The notes beneath the pieces were generated by a model, which had not been told where the DNA came from, searched no databases, and saw only the letters and a program-made list of their open reading frames with translations. Positions 63,879-64,000 of a stretch of 64,000 bases of DNA are shown here, piece after piece. The position numbers were made by a program, and so were the translations under genes. Position 1 is the first letter of the stretch; each line of letters begins with the position of its first letter. The DNA is from Azolla caroliniana (lineage: Eukaryota; Plantae; Polypodiophyta): contig JBHGNT010000005.1 of NCBI GenBank assembly GCA_043228905.1, positions 17,918,001 through 17,982,000 of the forward strand, in the 5' to 3' direction.

Positions 63879-64000
63879 TGTTAGGAATATATCCCTCTAG
63901 TGGGAGGAGCCAATTGTTTGGGCTGAGCACTAATGGTTGAAGAGTCGACTATGAGGAAATCGCTTGTGAGAGTTGACTGGGTGAGTCAACAGAAAGGAGA
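63879..64000. mobile_element. Start of a further LTR-like insertion running off the window
   Basis: Copia coding sequence stops abruptly at TGTTAGGAATAT... Confidence 0.5.

Larger units (their letters stand above)
48665..64000 (-). mobile_element. Oldest copia of the nest: split 3' LTR (~48665-48917 + 59283-59546), decayed RH/RT/INT from 59547 to 63878, continuing beyond the window
   Basis: PPT revcomp AACTCCCCCTTC after 59546; ORF remnants 60498-61142 and 61181-61636; left boundary approximate. Confidence 0.75.

Overview
Repeat-rich land-plant nuclear DNA; the PPR style and retroelement content suggest a fern or other seed-free vascular plant (inference). Bases 1-31.8 kb are a head-to-tail tandem array of a ~0.3 kb unit, each built around a tRNA-Lys(UUU) gene or pseudogene. 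I counted about 42 full or partial copies by hand, all on the + strand, with higher-order block structure. The array is interrupted by an RTE/RTEX-like LINE, a three-LTR Ty1/copia composite carrying a very young intact chromovirus, a copia RT fragment and a solo-LTR-like insertion. Two host genes follow. The first is a PLS-class PPR-E gene whose small upstream exon, missed by the ORF track, splices in frame to build an OSB-type PDF (ssDNA-binding) motif at the N-terminus. The second is a 3-exon conserved hypothetical gene. The remainder is decayed LINE and Gypsy pieces plus a nest of three related copia elements containing a non-autonomous hAT and a solo LTR. The two most notable observations are the PDF-PPR fusion and the tRNA-Lys higher-order satellite. 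All coordinates, counts and alignments were done by eye.
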